In this document: positions 25,624-29,607 of the stretch, piece after piece | Layout: the number at the start of each line of letters is the position of its first letter | How positions within the stretch are numbered: position 1 is the stretch's first letter | DNA from: Rickettsiaceae bacterium | GTDB taxonomy: Bacteria; Pseudomonadota; Alphaproteobacteria; Rickettsiales; Rickettsiaceae | Assembly (NCBI GenBank): GCA_017995275.1 | Contig: JAGOJE010000001.1 | Coordinates: 1 to 29,607 of the forward strand | Length of the DNA: 29,607 bases | Direction: 5' to 3' | The notes under the pieces: generated by a model | Databases searched by the model: none | Seen by the model: the letters and a program-made list of their open reading frames with translations, nothing else | What the model was told of the DNA's origin: nothing | Program-made: the position numbers and the translations under genes

Positions 25624-25890
25624 ATGACAATTACAGAACCAGATCAACTAACAAGAGAACAGATAGTTCTACTATGTAAAACCAACATGGAAAACATCAG
25701 AAAGAATGTTGAAAAAATAATGATGGTCAAAAAAATCAATCAGACAGAATTAGCCAATAGGATAGAAAAAGAAAGGACCCATATCAATTATATACTAAAA
25801 AATAAACACAGCAACATATCTGTAAAGACGTTGGTAGCCATATCGGCCGCCCTTGGAACATCTGTATCAGAAATAACTAAAAACCAATAA
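25624..25890 (+). CDS. XRE/Cro-CI family helix-turn-helix transcriptional regulator
   Basis: NIRKNVEKIMMVKKINQTELANRIEKERTHINYIL...NISVKTLVAISAALGTSVSEI matches the HTH_XRE pattern. Confidence 0.85.
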   Translation: MTITEPDQLTREQIVLLCKTNMENIRKNVEKIMMVKKINQTELANRIEKERTHINYILKNKHSNISVKTLVAISAALGTSVSEITKNQ

Positions 25891-25892
25891 CA

Positions 25893-26228
25893 ATGTACAC
25901 AAACAGAACTCTTCTACAATTTAATGACGAATGCCAAAGGATGCAAGGAACCATCATTGGGGAATTCTTTAGACCTAAAATCAGGCAATTCTATAACGAC
26001 AACAACATACGCCTAGATACTTTATTCAAGAAAATGACTGCTTTAAAAGAAGAACATTTTGAAATAGAAGGAGAAGGAGACTATAAAAGGGTAAAAACAT
26101 ATACTCCAGAACCTATTGATGGCGTTGCTCAACAGCCCAAACCGGTAATGAAAGAAGGCAAAACGGAAGATGACTATACCAAAGCCTTTAACGAACTAAT
26201 GGATGGAGAGGTAAATATTAAGATTTGA
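25893..26228 (+). CDS. Hypothetical phage protein
   Basis: 111-aa ORF with an A-rich leader, in a tightly packed operon. Confidence 0.7.
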   Translation: MYTNRTLLQFNDECQRMQGTIIGEFFRPKIRQFYNDNNIRLDTLFKKMTALKEEHFEIEGEGDYKRVKTYTPEPIDGVAQQPKPVMKEGKTEDDYTKAFNELMDGEVNIKI

Positions 26229-26467
26229 TATACATGCCACAATCAATGGAAAAAAAATTTAAAGTATACCCACCAATGATGCCAAATTTTGTCCGATTTG
26301 AAATGGGGGACGGAACTAAACAAGACGGAATAGAATCACAAGACGGATTTGACATAGCAAAATTCACACAAGAAGAAGCAAAGGAGTTTGCAAAGCTAAT
26401 GCATGACACTTTTATAGAACATTATAAAAGATGTAAGAAAGGAAAATCTTCAAAAGGAAGCTATTGA
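26225..26467 (+). CDS. Hypothetical phage protein
   Basis: 80-aa ORF with an ATGA-type overlap. The true start may be a downstream Met. Confidence 0.6.
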   Translation: MIYMPQSMEKKFKVYPPMMPNFVRFEMGDGTKQDGIESQDGFDIAKFTQEEAKEFAKLMHDTFIEHYKRCKKGKSSKGSY

Positions 26468-26503
26468 TTCTAAACATATATCATTTAATAAAATCAAAAA
26501 CAA

Positions 26504-26848
26504 ATGCTAACAACAAAAGAGATAGAGGAATTAGAAAAGCTATCTGATAAATACCCTGCCGTAAACGCTATCCTTGATTTCTACAAGGAGATACAGAATA
26601 ACGGGGCTAAACTTCTATTTATTGAGATCAATAACAAACTGTCACAATTAGCTAAAGAGATAAAAAAATCAGATATAACAATAACAGATGATAAAGACGA
26701 TAAAAAATTCGACCGCTTCCTAAGACTATCTGTAGAAATGGAAACCATACTAAATAATAACCAAAAAATGCAGGATTACATAAACGGAATAACCGAAGAA
26801 AAGAAATTGAAGCCTAAAAAAGGACATGAAGACAAAGTAGTATTCTAA
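26504..26848 (+). CDS. Helical protein, candidate terminase small subunit
   Basis: 114 aa, all-helical/coiled-coil, TAATG-coupled to TerL. Function inferred from position only. Confidence 0.45.
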   Translation: MLTTKEIEELEKLSDKYPAVNAILDFYKEIQNNGAKLLFIEINNKLSQLAKEIKKSDITITDDKDDKKFDRFLRLSVEMETILNNNQKMQDYINGITEEKKLKPKKGHEDKVVF

Positions 26849-28686
26849 TGCTAATAATAGATAACATAAAAGAAAAGAGCCCTATTTTGGTACATAAACC
26901 AAAACCAACATTCAGAACTGCACTGGAAAAAGAAAGGTATTGGGAGAAAGAGAAAATAAAATGGATAGAAGGAGTTGGCGATATACCAGGAACATTATAT
27001 CACAAAACCCAGGAGCAGTGGATAAAAGATAGAAACTCAGGAGAGATACTACGCCCTATATGCAGAGATGCGGATCTGCTCATTCACCAAACGATAAGAG
27101 ACTGTAGAAAAGAAGGAGAGGCTCTTGTGCTTATCAAAGGGCGCGGACTTGGGCTCTCTGTAGAATTTGGATGCCTTACGAACTACTTCATGAGAGTATA
27201 TCCCGGAACAACATCTCTCATCACCTCTCAGGAAAAAACAAAGATAGCCGCCCTATTCTCCGAAAAAATTGCTGTCACATACGATAAATACGATGAAGAC
27301 ATAAAGCCGGTACAAATCAATAGAAACGAAACGACATATACTGCCGGAATAAAAGTTGAAATCTCCTATAAAGACAAATACGGAAATGTTCAAACCAATA
27401 TATCTCAGGCAATATGCAGAGATACATCAGACCGCCCAGAGAGCGCATCAGCCTTCTCTGGACAAGGAGCGATACTAGGTTGTTATGATGAATTATTCCT
27501 ACATAAACGCCGCAAAGAATTGATTCGATCTTCCGCCTCTTGCTATATAGATCAAAAAACAAAACAGACGACAGGGTTTTTATTCTGCGGAGGAACGGTA
27601 GAAGATACACTCACCAACGAACAGCTATCTGAACTTCAGGTTCTTATAAGAGAGGTACAAACCACTGGACGACTTGGTACCATGAAAGCAAGACTTCTAT
27701 TCATACCTGCATGGATGGGAACATTTATGACCAATGGGTGGAGCGATGAACGCAAGGCGAAAGAATATTGGGAAAAAGAAATAGAAGCCTTAGACAAACT
27801 AGAAGACAAGTCAGCCGTTCGCGCTTACAAAATGAACAACCCCATGTCCTTGGATGATATATTCCAAATGACCGGAGGGGGCAAATTTGAAGAAGATGTA
27901 ATTGAAAAAGTAAAGGAACAAAAGAAGATAATACTATCACAAAACATACCTATAACAAAATGCAAATTAATAGACATGGGCCATACAGTAAAATCAACTG
28001 TAGACTTTAAAAATGGCAATGTTCATGTATTAGAAGAGCCAAAACAAAGTGTTTCTTACTTCTTGGTAATTGACGGGGTTGCAACGGGTAAAAAATCAGG
28101 TAGCGAAAAAGGGTCTAATGTAGCAGGGACCATAGTAAAAGCATTTGACCCATCTACCCAGCCACACATGCCTGTATGTATCTATACAGAAAGACCGGAA
28201 ACCGTGGAACAAAGCTATATCAACCTATTGGCTCAGGCAAAATACTATAATCAATACGGGGGATTGAAAGGAATAATGGCGGAGGGAAATGCCGGAAATG
28301 CTGATCACTTCTTCACCTTCCTTCAAAAGAATGGATATGAAAAATATGCCATGGTAAGGCAGGATCTATCAGGAAAAGGTATAGTAAATACCAATAAAAC
28401 ATTTCAATATGTAACCTCAGATATACGGGACTATCAAATGAAACAGGCAAACATGTTTCTAAGAAAATACATTGACAGCATAAAAATGGTAATGCTCCTG
28501 GATGATATGCTAAAGCCATTAAGCGAGAATGCCGACATATTAGATAGCTGGCTCATGTATTTCGTAGCCAACAAAGATTATGATAAGCCACTTATACAAA
28601 AGGTAACAAAAATTAAAACGCCTACATATACCCTTTCAAGAGATTCATCAGGAAGAACAGTATGGGTAGAAAAATATGAGCAATAA
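26848..28686 (+). CDS. terL: Terminase large subunit
   Basis: 612 aa. Walker A-like LVLIKGRGLGLS, Walker B-like LGCYDELF, and RNase H-like nuclease acidic motifs FLVIDGVATG, IMAEGN and NADILDSW. Confidence 0.9.
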   Translation: MLIIDNIKEKSPILVHKPKPTFRTALEKERYWEKEKIKWIEGVGDIPGTLYHKTQEQWIKDRNSGEILRPICRDADLLIHQTIRDCRKEGEALVLIKGRGLGLSVEFGCLTNYFMRVYPGTTSLITSQEKTKIAALFSEKIAVTYDKYDEDIKPVQINRNETTYTAGIKVEISYKDKYGNVQTNISQAICRDTSDRPESASAFSGQGAILGCYDELFLHKRRKELIRSSASCYIDQKTKQTTGFLFCGGTVEDTLTNEQLSELQVLIREVQTTGRLGTMKARLLFIPAWMGTFMTNGWSDERKAKEYWEKEIEALDKLEDKSAVRAYKMNNPMSLDDIFQMTGGGKFEEDVIEKVKEQKKIILSQNIPITKCKLIDMGHTVKSTVDFKNGNVHVLEEPKQSVSYFLVIDGVATGKKSGSEKGSNVAGTIVKAFDPSTQPHMPVCIYTERPETVEQSYINLLAQAKYYNQYGGLKGIMAEGNAGNADHFFTFLQKNGYEKYAMVRQDLSGKGIVNTNKTFQYVTSDIRDYQMKQANMFLRKYIDSIKMVMLLDDMLKPLSENADILDSWLMYFVANKDYDKPLIQKVTKIKTPTYTLSRDSSGRTVWVEKYEQ

Positions 28687-28882
28687 AAGGAAAATAAATA
28701 AACCATTAACAAAGGTCCCTCTGTCTGATACAGAATGGAAAATAATAATGGATATAAAAACACGCTATCTGCATGGCAATACAATGTTAAAAGACATTGC
28801 TTCTGAATATAAAATGAGCCTAAGTATACTTAGAAACTATGTGAATATGGCTGTAGAACAAATAAAGAATAATCAAAATTAA
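28676..28882 (+). CDS. Small HTH DNA-binding protein
   Basis: 68 aa; TMLKDIASEYKMSLSILRNYV fits an HTH (xxxIAxxYxxSxxxxxxYV). Confidence 0.6.
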   Translation: MSNKRKINKPLTKVPLSDTEWKIIMDIKTRYLHGNTMLKDIASEYKMSLSILRNYVNMAVEQIKNNQN

Positions 28883-28884
28883 CA

Positions 28885-29256
28885 ATGGAATCAACAGGAA
28901 AATTTGATATAAATAATCAGGAAATTTTTGTAGGCGATAAGGTTTTAAAGGCTTGGGGATTTTTTGAAGAAAAAGGCAAGATGAAGCCCTATTTCAAAAT
29001 ACATACAATCATAAAAGAACAAGCGTATTTGATGGGTGATGGAAATATGCGAAACGATATAGCAGGAAACATATTCATACTTGGAAAAACTTACAACACA
29101 TGGAAAGGAAAAGATGTGAAAAAACTAACAAAAGAAGAAATGGATATAATAGGAATGGAAGAAGAAGTACGCTTCTTTTTTAATGAAGAAAAAAAGGCTT
29201 GTCGCTTTGGAGTAAAAACAAAAATACCAGATCATTTACTCTACTGGAAGCATTAA
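28885..29256 (+). CDS. YopX-like hypothetical protein
   Basis: N-terminal STGKFDINNQEIFVGDKV matches the YopX TGxxDxNGxEIYEGDIV motif. Confidence 0.55.
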   Translation: MESTGKFDINNQEIFVGDKVLKAWGFFEEKGKMKPYFKIHTIIKEQAYLMGDGNMRNDIAGNIFILGKTYNTWKGKDVKKLTKEEMDIIGMEEEVRFFFNEEKKACRFGVKTKIPDHLLYWKH

Positions 29257-29276
29257 AAAAAAATAAAAATTTAAAA

Positions 29277-29607
29277 ATGATACAACAGACAATAAATATA
29301 AAACCACTTAGCGTTAATGACTGCTGGCAAGGGAGAAGATTTAAAACGAAAGAATACAAGATTTATGAGAAAGAGATGAAGCTAATGATAAAAAAACAAA
29401 AGATGCCTGTAGCCCCATACAACATTGAACTGAAATTATACCTGAGCAATCCGCTTAGTGATATAGACAATCCAATAAAGCCGATACTGGATATACTACA
29501 AAAGAAATTAGGATTCAACGATAGACTTATAGACAAATTGACTGTAGAAAAAATAAGGATAGAAAAAGGAAAAGAGAAAATATGCTTCTTAATCACAGAG
29601 CTAAATA
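29277..29607 (+). CDS. rusA: RusA-family Holliday junction resolvase (stop just outside the window; not in the ORF track)
   Basis: Manual translation: MIQQTINIKPLSVNDCWQGRRFKTKEYKIYEKEM...SDIDNPIKPILDILQKKLGFNDRLIDKL. Contains the RusA PxSxN and DxDNxxKxxxD...ND catalytic pattern. Confidence 0.8.
   Translation, partial: MIQQTINIKPLSVNDCWQGRRFKTKEYKIYEKEMKLMIKKQKMPVAPYNIELKLYLSNPLSDIDNPIKPILDILQKKLGFNDRLIDKLTVEKIRIEKGKEKICFLITELN

Larger units (their letters stand above)
1..29607. mobile_element. Segment of a crAss-like podovirus-type phage (or prophage) of Bacteroidota: packaging, head, tail and ejection modules
   Basis: TerL, portal, MCP, muzzle, ring and cargo genes are tightly packed with 1-4 nt overlaps. 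Bacteroidota-type TAnnTTTG promoter boxes are present, translation starts are A-rich without Shine-Dalgarno motifs, and no cellular housekeeping genes occur. No integrase or att site is in the window, so free phage versus prophage cannot be decided. Confidence 0.93.

Noticed and set aside
651-29256. Stop-codon reassignment (known in some crAss-like phages), since none of the 23 complete genes ends in TAG (16 TAA, 7 TGA)
   Set aside because: All expected genes are full-length in the standard code with no in-frame TAG or TGA interruptions, so there is no positive evidence. TAG is often rare in AT-rich genomes.
2473-29596. Many short opposite-strand or nested ORFs in the supplied track (e.g. 3616-4203, 9249-9512, 17423-17902, 20079-20414, 27317-27610, 29363-29596)
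   Set aside because: They are shadows of long, well-supported genes. They have Ser/Phe/Leu/Ile-rich antisense composition, no recognisable motifs and no suitable leaders.
1-29607. CRISPR array, tRNA/rRNA, integrase/att site, reverse transcriptase or diversity-generating retroelement
   Set aside because: No regularly spaced repeats, cloverleaf-compatible gap, recombinase or RT motifs, or TR/VR pair were seen. Intergenic gaps are all 125 nt or less.

Overview
The whole window is the packaging and morphogenesis region of an AT-rich tailed phage of Bacteroidota with a crAss-like (Crassvirales-type, short-tailed) virion gene set. A long minus-strand operon encodes, in order: scaffold-like protein, major capsid protein, auxiliary capsid protein, a conserved capsid-linked protein with a C-terminal Rho-N/HeH-like helix pair, portal, a 1589-aa tail muzzle/nozzle, three tail ring proteins and three cargo/ejection proteins. 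The last cargo protein (2052 aa) is polyvalent, with TPRs, an LPD23-like module and an HExxH zincin metallopeptidase. A divergent plus-strand operon encodes an XRE-type HTH, small ORFs, the terminase, a second HTH, a YopX-like protein and a RusA-like resolvase. At the left end, an inverted three-gene cassette of Cys-rich putative tail-hub proteins diverges from tail fibre genes; the fibre starts with a Bacteroidota-type signal peptide. The most striking non-coding signal is a ~50-bp element (39/45 identical, ungapped) repeated in both divergent intergenic regions, 24.25 kb apart. Each copy lies between two outward-facing Bacteroidota -7 boxes (TAnnTTTG) and has a central TTGTTA-N10-TA(A)CAA inverted repeat, suggesting one duplicated bidirectional switch for all four structural and packaging transcription units. 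All family assignments come from manual motif recognition and gene order; no database search was run.
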